DNA from: Gemmatimonadota bacterium
GTDB taxonomy: Bacteria > Gemmatimonadota > Gemmatimonadetes > Longimicrobiales > RSA9
Reading direction: 5' to 3'
Length of the DNA stretch: 22,791 bases
NCBI GenBank assembly: GCA_040905425.1
Contig: JBBDRO010000018.1
Location: 2,842-25,632, forward strand
Below are positions 1-9,178 of the stretch, one piece after another. The notes under the pieces were generated by a model. That model was not told the origin of the DNA. It saw only the letters and a list, made by a program, of their open reading frames with translations, and searched no databases. The first letter of the stretch is position 1. Every line of letters starts with the position of its first letter. A program made the position numbers and the translations under genes.

Positions 1-9
1 CCGAGCCGC

Positions 10-105
10 CGGCCCCCCAGGGGCACCGGCACCGATGACGGCGGCCCCCGATGGCACCGGCACCGACGACAGCCGGCCCCCGAGGGCATCGGCACCGATG
101 ACGCC
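10..105. repeat. Degenerate ~32-bp tandem repeat, 3 copies (CGGCCCCCGAnGGCAyCGGCACCGAyGACnnn)
   Basis: Units at about 10-41, 42-73 and 74-105 share the core GGCAyCGGCACCGAyGAC. The array may extend beyond the left edge of the window. Confidence 0.75.
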
Positions 106-216
106 ACCCCCACCGGGGCCTCCCGCCGCCCGCCGCACCGCTGCCCACGCCGCGCCAGCCGGGCGGAGCCAGGAGGCAGGAGCCGCCCGCCGACAGCTGC
201 GGCACGTATCCAGAAC

Positions 217-252
217 AGAGGGGCTCCCCACCAGCTGGCGGGGAGCCCCTCT
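217..252 (-). terminator. Strong GC hairpin, probable intrinsic terminator of the M14 peptidase pair
   Basis: Perfect 13-bp stem AGAGGGGCTCCCC (217-229) / GGGGAGCCCCTCT (240-252), 26 nt past the stop codon at 279. The U-tract is weak. Confidence 0.65.
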
Positions 253-278
253 TCCGTAATGCGGGTCGCGCCGCCGGG

Positions 279-3251
279 CTACATCCCCGCGCCCTCCCGC
301 TGCTGCTCGGCGTCTTCGTCCGCCACGGCCCTTCCCGCGCCCAGGCTGTCCCAGTGCAGGAGGCTGTTGAAGACCAGGCCGTAGGCGCCCAGCGTCTCAC
401 TCCGCCAGAAGGGGTTGAAGCTGAACATCACCACGTGGCCGTCGCCATAGGGGGCGTCCACCAGCGCGGGTGCGCCGGCCAGCTCGGCGCCGCCCGTCAG
501 GCCGCCGCTGATGAGCAGCTCTTCCTGCTCGGGCGTGAACTGGAAGACCACGCGGTTGCCGGTCGCGTTGCCGCCGCCGAAGCCGCCCGGCCCGCCGCGC
601 CCGCCGCCCTGGCGCTCGGCCTCGGCGCGCTGCGCCTCCGCGAAGGCCTCCACGCCCGCCCGGCCCAGGTCCCGCGGGCGGCCCTGGATGATGTCCTCCT
701 CGTTCACGCCGCCGCGGCCGGAAAGGCGCTCGGTGGTGCTGCCGGGGTCGTCATTGCCGCCGCCGAAGCGCCCGCCGCCACCGCCGCCGCCGCTGAAGAC
801 CGGCCCGCGGTTGAAGTAGACGCCCAGTTCGCCGCCGTAGCCGTAGGCCAGCGGGCTGCTGCCGTCCGCCTTGCGGGTGCGGTAAACGCCGCCCGGCGCC
901 CACAGTTCGTTGGTGCTGCGGATGGACAGGCCGCCCGCCATGCCGAAGTGCGTGGGCAGGCTGGCGGAGCTGGTCAGCGTCACCAGCACGCCGCCCTGCC
1001 GGACGAAGTTGGCCAGGTTCAGCACGCCGGTGAGCTCCAGGCCGCCGCGCATGTCGGGCGTGGAGCTCTGGCGACCGATGTTGGGCGCGTGCTCGGAGGC
1101 CTGCCAGGGCTGCGGCTCGGAGCCGCCCAGGCCCTCCACGATGGAGAGCGCGTTGCCCGAGCTGGGCCCGAACAGAATCACGTCATACGTGTCTTTGAGG
1201 TTGGCGTTGTCCCGCACCTCGTGGACCGAGATGTAGTCGTAGGGCACGCCGTACTCGTCCAGCCCCAGGCGGAGCCAGCCCTCGCTCTGCGTGCTCTGCC
1301 AGGTGTGCATCACGGCCACGCGCGGGGCGCGCACCGGGTGCGTGGCCACGCTCGGCGCGTTGCTCACACCCACGGCGCGGAAGCCGTACTGCTTGCCGGC
1401 CGCGTCCAGCGTGGCGGCCAGATTGCCGCTGTTGCCGGAGGTGGGGATCACGAAGCTGCCGGCGCGGAAGTCCATGCCCGCGGCGCTGAAGTCCCGCTCG
1501 GCCGCCTCGATGCGCAGGTCGGGGTGCGCGTAGCGGAACGTGGTCAGCGCGTTGCTCGCGTCATAGTCCACCACGAACGCGCTGGCGCCCTGGGCGTTCT
1601 CCACACCGCCGGGCGGCACGGGCACCTGGGTGACCAGCGCCATGCGCCGCTCCAGCACGGCGGGGTCCTCCACGCGCGCGGTCTCCGTGTCGTAGAGGGC
1701 GCCGAGCGTCCAGCCCACGTCATCGTAGGGGCTGGGGTCCCGCGGCGAGTAGTACTGCTTGTCGAGCAGCATGTCCGCCGTCCGGCTGTAGGGCTGGTCC
1801 ATGCGGATGACGTAGCTGCCCGCGCCGTAGCTGCGGCCCGCCACGTTGGCGGACTCCTCGAGCCGGTGCACCTCCACCCCCTGGCGGAGCATCAGGTCCA
1901 CCAGGCGCGCCTGCAGCCCCAGGCGATCATCATCGGCCGGCAGCACGTAGGCCGCCGGACCCTCGGCGCGCGCCTTGGCCACGGAGCGCTTGGTCTTCTC
2001 CCAGTAACTGCGCAGGAACTCCTGGCGGTTGTCCGCGATCTCCCGCATGGCAATGAGCAGCGCGCTCTGCTGCAGGTTGTTGTTGTTGCGGATGTTCCAC
2101 ACCACCTCGGGGAGCGGCGTGTTGGGGCGGCTCCAGTGCCGGTCCACGTTGGTGCGCAGGATGCGCGTGGAGGCGTTGCCGCTGCTCTGCGTCTCGTAGA
2201 AGCGGCCGATGGCGTTGCGCATGTTGGCCACCCAGAACATGTAGTTCGGGGCCCAGCCGTCGTAGAAGTCGTGCGTGTAGACGCCGGGCACGCCGTACGC
2301 CGCCATGTCCTTGACTTCCTTGTGCGCCAGGCGCGCCCACTCGCTGATCACGATGGGATCGATCCAGGCGTTGTAGGGCCCGCGGCCCGTGCTGGTGTAG
2401 AGGTAGGACGCCGACTCGTGCAGGTCGTGCAGCACGATGGGCTTGTACTCCAGGAACGCCCCGGTCACCGCGCGCTGCAGCGCCAGGCTCTGGCTCATGC
2501 CGTCCCGGTTGTTGTCGTGCGCCACGTACCTGCCCCAGTAGAGCAGGCGGCGCGGGTAGTTGCCGTCGGGGTCCTTTCTGGGCGCCATGTGCAGGTCCAC
2601 CTGCTTGGCGCGCCCGTCCACCTCCACCACCGGCGTCATGGCCACGATGAGGTTGTCCCGGATGGCGCGGATGTGCTCGGACTCACCCACGGCCAGGCGG
2701 TAGAGCAGCTCCATCAGCATCTCGGGGCTGCCCGTCTCACCGGAGTGGATGGCGCCCGTGGCGTAGTACATGGGCTTCAGCGTGGCCATGAGCCGCTCCG
2801 CCTCCGCCTCACGGGTCGCGCGCGGGTCCGAGAGCGCGTTGATGCGCGCCTTGTAGCCGTCCAGATCGGCAATCGTGGCCTCGTCCCCCACGATGGCCAT
2901 GATCATCTCGCGGCCCTCCTCGGACTGGCCGATGGTGAACACGCGCACGCGCGGGGAGGCCTGGGCCACCGCCCGCATGTAGGCGGCGATCTCCTCCGGA
3001 TAGGAGAGCACGTCCGTGGCGCCCGCAATGTGCCCCAGGAAGTCGAGCGGCGTGGGGACCGTCTCCGACGCCGGCAGGTGATCCACCAGCGGCGTCAGGA
3101 AGAAGGGTTCGGTAGTGGTCTCGCGGATGAGGCGCGTGTACTCGGCGTCCAGCCGCTCCTGCTGCTGGGCCTGGGCCTGCGGCGCCGCCAGCAGCAGGGT
3201 GGCGCACAGCCCCAGCAGGGCGGTGCGCGCGGTGCGTGGCAGAAGTGCCAT
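279..3251 (-). CDS. Secreted M14-family zinc carboxypeptidase-like protein (paralogue A)
   Basis: Zinc motif AIHSGE (HxxE), DNNRD, third ligand in LHDLHES and a candidate catalytic Glu in GRFYETQ. Signal peptide MALLPRTARTALLGLCATLLLAAPQAQA. GGAG lies 8 nt upstream of ATG 3251; an alternative ATG at 3287 overlaps the upstream stop. Confidence 0.85.
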   Translation of the reverse strand: MALLPRTARTALLGLCATLLLAAPQAQAQQQERLDAEYTRLIRETTTEPFFLTPLVDHLPASETVPTPLDFLGHIAGATDVLSYPEEIAAYMRAVAQASPRVRVFTIGQSEEGREMIMAIVGDEATIADLDGYKARINALSDPRATREAEAERLMATLKPMYYATGAIHSGETGSPEMLMELLYRLAVGESEHIRAIRDNLIVAMTPVVEVDGRAKQVDLHMAPRKDPDGNYPRRLLYWGRYVAHDNNRDGMSQSLALQRAVTGAFLEYKPIVLHDLHESASYLYTSTGRGPYNAWIDPIVISEWARLAHKEVKDMAAYGVPGVYTHDFYDGWAPNYMFWVANMRNAIGRFYETQSSGNASTRILRTNVDRHWSRPNTPLPEVVWNIRNNNNLQQSALLIAMREIADNRQEFLRSYWEKTKRSVAKARAEGPAAYVLPADDDRLGLQARLVDLMLRQGVEVHRLEESANVAGRSYGAGSYVIRMDQPYSRTADMLLDKQYYSPRDPSPYDDVGWTLGALYDTETARVEDPAVLERRMALVTQVPVPPGGVENAQGASAFVVDYDASNALTTFRYAHPDLRIEAAERDFSAAGMDFRAGSFVIPTSGNSGNLAATLDAAGKQYGFRAVGVSNAPSVATHPVRAPRVAVMHTWQSTQSEGWLRLGLDEYGVPYDYISVHEVRDNANLKDTYDVILFGPSSGNALSIVEGLGGSEPQPWQASEHAPNIGRQSSTPDMRGGLELTGVLNLANFVRQGGVLVTLTSSASLPTHFGMAGGLSIRSTNELWAPGGVYRTRKADGSSPLAYGYGGELGVYFNRGPVFSGGGGGGGRFGGGNDDPGSTTERLSGRGGVNEEDIIQGRPRDLGRAGVEAFAEAQRAEAERQGGGRGGPGGFGGGNATGNRVVFQFTPEQEELLISGGLTGGAELAGAPALVDAPYGDGHVVMFSFNPFWRSETLGAYGLVFNSLLHWDSLGAGRAVADEDAEQQREGAGM

Positions 3252-3286
3252 GGGAGTGCTCCGGTTCCGGGTGGGTGGTACGTGCA

Positions 3287-6268
3287 TCAGCGCTGTCTCT
3301 GGCCGTTGCCGTCATCCTGGTCGGCCACCAGCTGGCCGGCGTCCAGGGCGTCGTGGTGCAGCAGGGTATTGAAGAGCATGGCGTAGGAGCCGAGGGTGAG
3401 CCCCCGCCAGAACGGGTTGAAGGCGAACATGACGATGTGGCCCTCCCCGAGCGGCGCGTCCACCAGCGCGGCGGTGCCCGCCAGCTCGTGGCCGTTGGTG
3501 AGCCCGCCCGAGACGAGCAGGCGCTCCTGGTCCGGGGTGAAGCGGTAGATGACGCGGTTGCCGCGCGCTTCCGGAGTGGCCGCGGCCTCCTCCTCCTCGG
3601 CGGCCGCCACGGAATCCTGCCAGGCGCGGTACGCTTCCACACCCGCCTGCCCCCAGTCTCGCCCGCGCGCCTGCGGCTGATCCTCCTCGTCCACACCGCC
3701 GCGGCCCGAGCGCCGCGCGGTGGTGCTGCCCGGATCCCCGGGCGCGCGGCTGCCCCGCGCGTTGAAGCCCTGCGCCTGCAGCACCGGCCCGCGCCCGAAG
3801 TAGACGCCCAACTCCTCCGGGAAGCCGTAGGCAATGGGGCTGGTGGCGTCCGCGCGTTCGGTGCGGAAGACGCCGCCCGGCGCCCACAGCTCCTCCGTCT
3901 CGCGGACGCTCACGCCCTCCACCAGCCCGAAGTGGATGGGCACCGAGGCGCTCGTGGTGAGCGTCACGAAGACGCCGCCCTCCCGGACGAAGCGGTCCAG
4001 GTTGGTGACGCCCGCCAGCTCCAGCCCGCCGCGCATGTCCGGGGTGGACGCCTGCCGCCCCAGGTTGGGCGTGATGGCGGTGGCCAGCCACGGCTGCGGC
4101 TCGTCCCCGGTGCGCCCGCGCACCACGGAGAGTGCGTTGCCGGAGGAGGGCCCGAAGAGGATCACGTCGTACTTCGCGCGCAGCTCCGGGGTGTCCCGCA
4201 CGTCGTGCACGCTGATGTAGTCGTAAGGCACCAGGTACTCGTCCAGCCCCACGCGCAGCCAGCCCTCACTCTGCGTGCTCTGCCAGGTGTGCATGACGGC
4301 CACGCGCGGGGTGCGCACGGGGTGGCGCGCCACGCCCGGCACCTCACGCACGCCCACGGCGCGGAAGCCCAGCTCCCGCCCCGCCTCTTCCAGCAGGGAA
4401 GCGACGTCCCCGTTCCCGTCCACGGGGATGATCCAGCTCCCGGGCCCGTACGCCTCTCCGCCCGCGCTGAAGGCCGCCTCGGCGGCCTCGATCACCAGCT
4501 CCGGATGCCGGTAGCGGAACGTGGTGAGGGGGTTGCTCGCATCGTAGCGCACCAGGAACGCGCGTGCGCCGGACGCGTTGGTCACGCCGTGCGGGGCCAC
4601 GGGCGTCGTCGCTTGAAGCTGCATGGCGGTGCTCAGGAAGGACGTGTCCTCCACGCGCACGGTCTCGGTGTCGTAGAGGGCGCCGAGCGTCCAGCCCACG
4701 TCATCGTAGGGCGCCGGATCGTTGGGGTTGTAGTACTGCCAGTCGAGCAGCATGTCCGCCGAGCGCGAGAAGGGCTGGTCCAGGCGCACCACGTAGCTGC
4801 CCGCGGGCAGGGTGCGCTCGTCCGCCTCGGCGTCCTCCGTGGTGCGGTGCACCTCGATGCCCAGCTGCTGGAGGATGCGGATCAGGCGGGCCTGCATGCC
4901 GGGGCGGTCATCGTCGGCGGGGAGCACGTAGGCGGCGGGGCCCTCCATGGTGGCCTTGGCCACCGAGCGCTGCGCCTTCTGGTAGTAGTTGCGCATGAAC
5001 TCGCGGCGCGCGTCCGCCACCTCACCCATGGCCACCAGCAGCCCACTCTGCTGCAGGTTCACGTTGTTCCTGATGTTCCAGACCACCTCGGGCAGCGGCG
5101 TGCTGGGCCGGTGCCACTCGCGGTCCACGTTGCCGCGCACGATGTAGGCGCTGGCGTCCCGCGCGCCCTGGGTCTCGTAGAAGCGGCCGATGCTGTTGCG
5201 CATGTTGGCCGCCCAGATCATGTAGTTGGGGCTCCAGCCGTCGTAGAAGTTGTGCGTGTAGACGCCCGGCACACCGAAGCCGGAGAGGTCCTTGACCTCC
5301 TTGTGCGCCAGCCGGTTCCACTCGCTGATCAGCATGGGGTCGATCCAGGCGTTGTAGGGCCCGCGACCCGTGCTGGTGTAGAGGTAGGAGGCCGACTCGT
5401 GCAGGTCATGCATGACCAGCGGGTTCCACTCCAGGAAGGTCTTGGTGACGTGGCGCGAGAGGGCCAGCGAGAGGCCGGAGCCGTCCCGGTTGTTGTCGTG
5501 CGCCACGTACTTGCCCCAGTAGAGCAGGCTGCCGGGCAGGTCGGCGTCCGGGTCCTTGCGCTTGCCCATGTGCAGGTCCACCTGCTTGGCGCGGCCGTCC
5601 GGCTCCACCACGGGCGTGATCATGACGATCAGGTTGTCCCGGATGGCGCGGATCTCGGGTGCCTCGGAGACGGCCAGGCGGTAGACCAGCTCCATCAGCA
5701 TCTCCGGGCTGCCCGTCTCCCCGGAGTGGATGGCGCCGAGCGCCCAGTACATGGGCTTGGCCTCCTCGATGAGCCGCTCGGCCTCCGCGGGGCTGGTGCG
5801 GCGCGGATCGCCTAGAGCCGCGGTGATGGCCTTGTAGCGCTCCAGGTCATTCAGCGTGGCCTCGTCGGAGACCACCACCAGGAGCATCTCGCGCCCTTCC
5901 TCGCTCATGCCCATGGTCTCCACCCGCACGCGCGGGGAGGCGCTGGCCACGGCGCGCATGTACTCCGCCACCTCCTCCGGGTAGTGCAGCACGCCGGTGT
6001 CCCCGGCAATGGTGCCGAAGTGCTCGAGCGGCGTGGGCACCCGCTCGGAGAGCGGGAGGTGGTCCACCAGCGGCGTCAGGAAGAAGGGCTCCGTGGTGCG
6101 GTCCCGGATGAGGCGGGTGTACTCCTCGTCGAGCCGCTGCTGAGCGGCCAGCGGGGCGGCCAGCGCGGCCAGGACCATGATCAGGGCCGCGCACGTGGCG
6201 TGCGCGCGGAACGCCGGCACGGGACGTCGCTTAGGGGAAGGAGCGGACGGCTGAGCGGTTGGAGCCAT
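3287..6268 (-). CDS. Secreted M14-family zinc carboxypeptidase-like protein (paralogue B)
   Basis: Same motifs (AIHSGETGSPE, DNNRD, MHDLHES, GRFYETQ) and collinear with paralogue A over its full length. Hydrophobic signal segment ALIMVLAALAAPLAA. Start placed at ATG 6268 with GAGG upstream. Confidence 0.85.
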   Translation of the reverse strand: MAPTAQPSAPSPKRRPVPAFRAHATCAALIMVLAALAAPLAAQQRLDEEYTRLIRDRTTEPFFLTPLVDHLPLSERVPTPLEHFGTIAGDTGVLHYPEEVAEYMRAVASASPRVRVETMGMSEEGREMLLVVVSDEATLNDLERYKAITAALGDPRRTSPAEAERLIEEAKPMYWALGAIHSGETGSPEMLMELVYRLAVSEAPEIRAIRDNLIVMITPVVEPDGRAKQVDLHMGKRKDPDADLPGSLLYWGKYVAHDNNRDGSGLSLALSRHVTKTFLEWNPLVMHDLHESASYLYTSTGRGPYNAWIDPMLISEWNRLAHKEVKDLSGFGVPGVYTHNFYDGWSPNYMIWAANMRNSIGRFYETQGARDASAYIVRGNVDREWHRPSTPLPEVVWNIRNNVNLQQSGLLVAMGEVADARREFMRNYYQKAQRSVAKATMEGPAAYVLPADDDRPGMQARLIRILQQLGIEVHRTTEDAEADERTLPAGSYVVRLDQPFSRSADMLLDWQYYNPNDPAPYDDVGWTLGALYDTETVRVEDTSFLSTAMQLQATTPVAPHGVTNASGARAFLVRYDASNPLTTFRYRHPELVIEAAEAAFSAGGEAYGPGSWIIPVDGNGDVASLLEEAGRELGFRAVGVREVPGVARHPVRTPRVAVMHTWQSTQSEGWLRVGLDEYLVPYDYISVHDVRDTPELRAKYDVILFGPSSGNALSVVRGRTGDEPQPWLATAITPNLGRQASTPDMRGGLELAGVTNLDRFVREGGVFVTLTTSASVPIHFGLVEGVSVRETEELWAPGGVFRTERADATSPIAYGFPEELGVYFGRGPVLQAQGFNARGSRAPGDPGSTTARRSGRGGVDEEDQPQARGRDWGQAGVEAYRAWQDSVAAAEEEEAAATPEARGNRVIYRFTPDQERLLVSGGLTNGHELAGTAALVDAPLGEGHIVMFAFNPFWRGLTLGSYAMLFNTLLHHDALDAGQLVADQDDGNGQRQR

Positions 6269-6471
6269 GGGCGGAAACCTCGACCTCACGGGTGGCTGGC
6301 CGCATGGTGTGCGGCGGGCGCGGGCGGTGCGCCATCGTGCGTCCGGAGCTGTGCTGGAAGCGGAGGGAAGATGCGGCGCGGCGCGCACTCGTGCAACGCG
6401 CGCCCCGGTTCATCCCCGCCAGGAGGAGGACGCTTCCCCTGGCGCCAGCGTTGAGGCGTGGCACGCCGCTC

Positions 6472-6501
6472 TTGCCTTTTCGGGTCGGCGGGGAGCATAG
6501 T
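6472..6501 (+). promoter_or_regulatory. Possible sigma70-type promoter for the 6549 gene
   Basis: TTGCCT-N18-CATAGT in a divergent intergenic region that is AT-richer than the coding DNA. Confidence 0.3.
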
Positions 6502-6548
6502 GTAGATGCCTGCCGTTGCATCACCCCAGTTGTCCGCCAGGAGCATGC

Positions 6549-6917
6549 ATGCGCAATCGTATCGCGGCGCTCATCCAGGAAGGCGTTCTCGACGCCCCTC
6601 CGCTGCACGTACCTGCGCGTGCCACGGGCGAGTCCGGCTTTGCGGGCATTCCCGGGCTCCGCGTGGTGGCCGAGGTGCCGCTGCTGGAGGGGACGCTCCG
6701 CCCCCACACCGGGCGCCGCGCCGCGCTGGCACCCGCCCCCGACCCGCGCCACGGACCTTCCTACACGCTCGATCCGCGGCCCGAGGACACGGCCACGCTG
6801 GACGCCCGCCGGGCCCGCATGGCGCGCTCGGCCGCGCTGGGCCGGGTCCGCTACTGGTGCGCCGCGGCGGTAAGTGTGCTCGCCACCATCGCGCTGGGTC
6901 TGCTCATCCTCCCGTAG
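6549..6917 (+). CDS. Hypothetical 122-aa protein with one C-terminal transmembrane helix
   Basis: AGGAG 5 nt before ATG 6549. High-GC3 codon usage. C-terminal hydrophobic segment YWCAAAVSVLATIALGLLILP. Confidence 0.6.
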   Translation: MRNRIAALIQEGVLDAPPLHVPARATGESGFAGIPGLRVVAEVPLLEGTLRPHTGRRAALAPAPDPRHGPSYTLDPRPEDTATLDARRARMARSAALGRVRYWCAAAVSVLATIALGLLILP

Positions 6918-7044
6918 TACTTCCGCGCCATCCTCCCGGCGCCTTCCAACGCTGTAAACCCCTGGTTGCATTGGAATCCATCCACGCGCCGCTGGAGGAG
7001 CTGGCGGTGGCCTGAGGGGGCCGCGCCGCGCGGGCCGTAGTGGC

Positions 7045-7073
7045 TTTGCCCTGCCCGGGACGGGGGCTATCTT
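7045..7073 (+). promoter_or_regulatory. Possible sigma70-type promoter for the 7108-11525 gene run
   Basis: TTGCCC-N16-TATCTT (or TTTGCC-N17-TATCTT) ~35 nt upstream of ATG 7108, which has a strong GAGGAGG RBS. Confidence 0.35.
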
Positions 7074-7107
7074 CCCGGCGCAAAGCGACTACTCGAGGAG
7101 GCGGTCC

Positions 7108-8404
7108 ATGACGGATCAGAACAGCGGCGGCGGGATGCGGGTCCATGGGGCGCTGGTGGTGGTGGCTGCTGCTGCGCTGCTGAGTGCGTGTGGCGGTGAG
7201 GGTGGCGGCGAGTGGGCCGGCACCGTTCGGGACAGCGCGGGCGTGACGCTGGTGGAGAACCCCGTCGAGGGCGTGTGGTCGGAGGACGAGCGGCCCACGG
7301 TGGAGGAGGAGCTCCGCATCGGCAGCGCCGAGGGCGGCAGCGCCGGCTTCGGGAGCCAGATCACCGGCCTCGCGGTGGCGGAGGACGGCACCATCTACGT
7401 GCTCGATCAGCAGGCCCAGCTGGTGCGCGTCTTCAGCGCCGGGGGTGACTTCCTGCGCACCATCGGTCGGCCGGGCTCCGGCCCGGGGGAGCTGGGCCAG
7501 GCGCTGGCCGGCGTCTTCCTGGTGGGGGATACGCTCTTCGTCCCCGACATGATGAACCAGCGCGTGAACGTCTATCCGGCCGCGGGCCAGGGGGAGCCGC
7601 TCAGCTTCCCGCTGGACATCCGGGCGGGCATTCCCATGAAGTGGGAGGCGCTGCCGGACGGCCGGCTGGCCACGCAGGTGCGGGAGGGCGCGGTGCCGGG
7701 CAGCACCGGCGGCATGTCCGACCGCATCCTGGTGCGCGCCGCCCACCGGTGAGGTGGTGGACACGCTGCTCGAGCTGCCCACCGGCCAGTCCTTCGACTT
7801 CACCGGCGGCATGCCGCGCATGCGCATCTTTGCCGCCGAGCCTACCTGGTCCGTGGGCCCCGACGGCACGGTGGTCTACGCCGACAACAGCCAGTACCGC
7901 ATCCACGTGGCGGACGCCGAGGGCAACCTGCAGCGTATCGTGAGCCGCGCCGTGGAGCCCCAACCCGTGACCGAGGCGGACCAGAACGCGCTCCTCCGCC
8001 TCATCCGCGAGCAGATCGCGGCGCAGGGAATCCCCGCGGAGGCCATGGAGCCCATGCTCTCCGCCATGCAGTTCGCGGAGAACTACCCCACCATGGCCAC
8101 CGTGCTGGCCGGCCCGGGCGGCATGGTGTGGGCACAGCGCATTCGCACGGCGCGGGACTTCGAGGAAGCGGGTGTGGAGTTTGATCCGAACCGCATCGGC
8201 TCCCCCGTCTGGGACGTCTTCGATGGGGAGGGCCGCTACCTGGGCACGGTGGAGGTCCCCGAGGGCTTCCAGGCCTACGGCTGGAAGAACGACCGCCTCT
8301 ATGGCGTGCTGCGTGACGACCTGGACGTGCTGTACGTGGTGCGCCTGCGGGTGGACGGCCTGCCCGCCACGCCCGTGCCGCTCGAGGGGGTGGCGGCGCG
8401 GTGA
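7108..8404 (+). pseudogene. 6-bladed beta-propeller (NHL-like) lipoprotein split by a frameshift near 7741 (pseudogene or sequencing indel)
   Basis: ORF 7108-7752 has the lipobox LLSAC and the NHL-like segment DGTIYVLDQQAQLVRVFSAGGDFLRTIGRPGSGPGE. It continues in another frame as PTGEVVDTLLELP to 8404, including WDVFDGEGRYLGTV near the C-terminus. Confidence 0.75.
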
Positions 8405-8406
8405 GG

Positions 8407-9159
8407 ATGCCGCGTCCCCTGGCCGGCTTCCACGCGCTCGCGGCGCTCCTCCTGTGGCTCTCGGCGCCGGCCGGCGCCGCCACGCAGGAGCCGCCCTGGC
8501 CGCCCGTGGCCACCTTCTCCATCCTGGCCTACGACTCCGTGACCGGCGAGCTGGGCGGCGCCGTGCAGTCGCGCGTCTTCTCGGTGGGCAACGGCGTGCT
8601 CTGGGCCGAGGCGGGCGTGGGTGTGGTGGCCACGCAGGCGGTGGTGGACGTGAGCTACGGGCCGCAGGCGATCGAGCTGCTGCGCGGCGGCATGCCCGCC
8701 GCCGAGGTGGTGCGCACCGTGTGGGCGCGCGACCCGGATCCGCGCCCGGAGAACTGGTCCAAGCAGGGCCGCCAGCTCGCGGTGGTCGATGCCGGGGGCA
8801 ATGCGGCCGCCTTCACCGGCTCCCAGGCCAGCGAGTGGGCCGGCCATCGCACGGACGTCCACGTCACCGCGCAGGGCAACATCCTGGCGGGCCCCGAGGT
8901 GGTGGAGCGCATGGTGGAGGCCTTCCAGGCCACCGAGGGCCACCTGGCCTTCCGCCTGCTGGCCGCGCTGGAGGCCGGCCAGGCCGCTGGCGGGGATCGC
9001 CGCGGCATGCAGTCGGCCGCCATGCTCATCGTGGGTAAGGACCGCGGCGTGTGGCTGAACAATGACGTGGTGCTGCGCCTCCAGGTGGACGACCATGGCG
9101 AGCCCATCGCCGAGCTGCGCCGCCTGGTGGAGATGACCGCCCGGCGGCTGCGGCGCTAG
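8407..9159 (+). CDS. DUF1028-domain (Ntn-hydrolase-like) exported protein
   Basis: TFSILAYDSVTGELGGAVQS, GVGVVATQA, AQGNILAG, GGDRRGMQSAA and LQVDDHGEPIAELRRL are characteristic of DUF1028. N-terminal signal peptide. An alternative GTG at 8401 overlaps the upstream stop. Confidence 0.85.
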   Translation: MPRPLAGFHALAALLLWLSAPAGAATQEPPWPPVATFSILAYDSVTGELGGAVQSRVFSVGNGVLWAEAGVGVVATQAVVDVSYGPQAIELLRGGMPAAEVVRTVWARDPDPRPENWSKQGRQLAVVDAGGNAAAFTGSQASEWAGHRTDVHVTAQGNILAGPEVVERMVEAFQATEGHLAFRLLAALEAGQAAGGDRRGMQSAAMLIVGKDRGVWLNNDVVLRLQVDDHGEPIAELRRLVEMTARRLRR

Positions 9160-9178
9160 CAATCCGCGGCGTGGCGCC

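Noticed and set aside
35..259. 74-aa ORF at the window start
   Set aside because: It runs through the 32-bp repeats and the terminator hairpin, and has low-complexity composition.
354..5815. Very long plus-strand ORFs (354-3386, 3236-5815)
   Set aside because: Antisense shadows of the M14 genes, expected from high-GC codon bias. They have no recognisable motifs.
7741..7752. Selenocysteine readthrough or programmed frameshift at TGA 7750-7752
   Set aside because: The continuation is in a different frame, so readthrough would not restore the protein, and no slippery site is visible.
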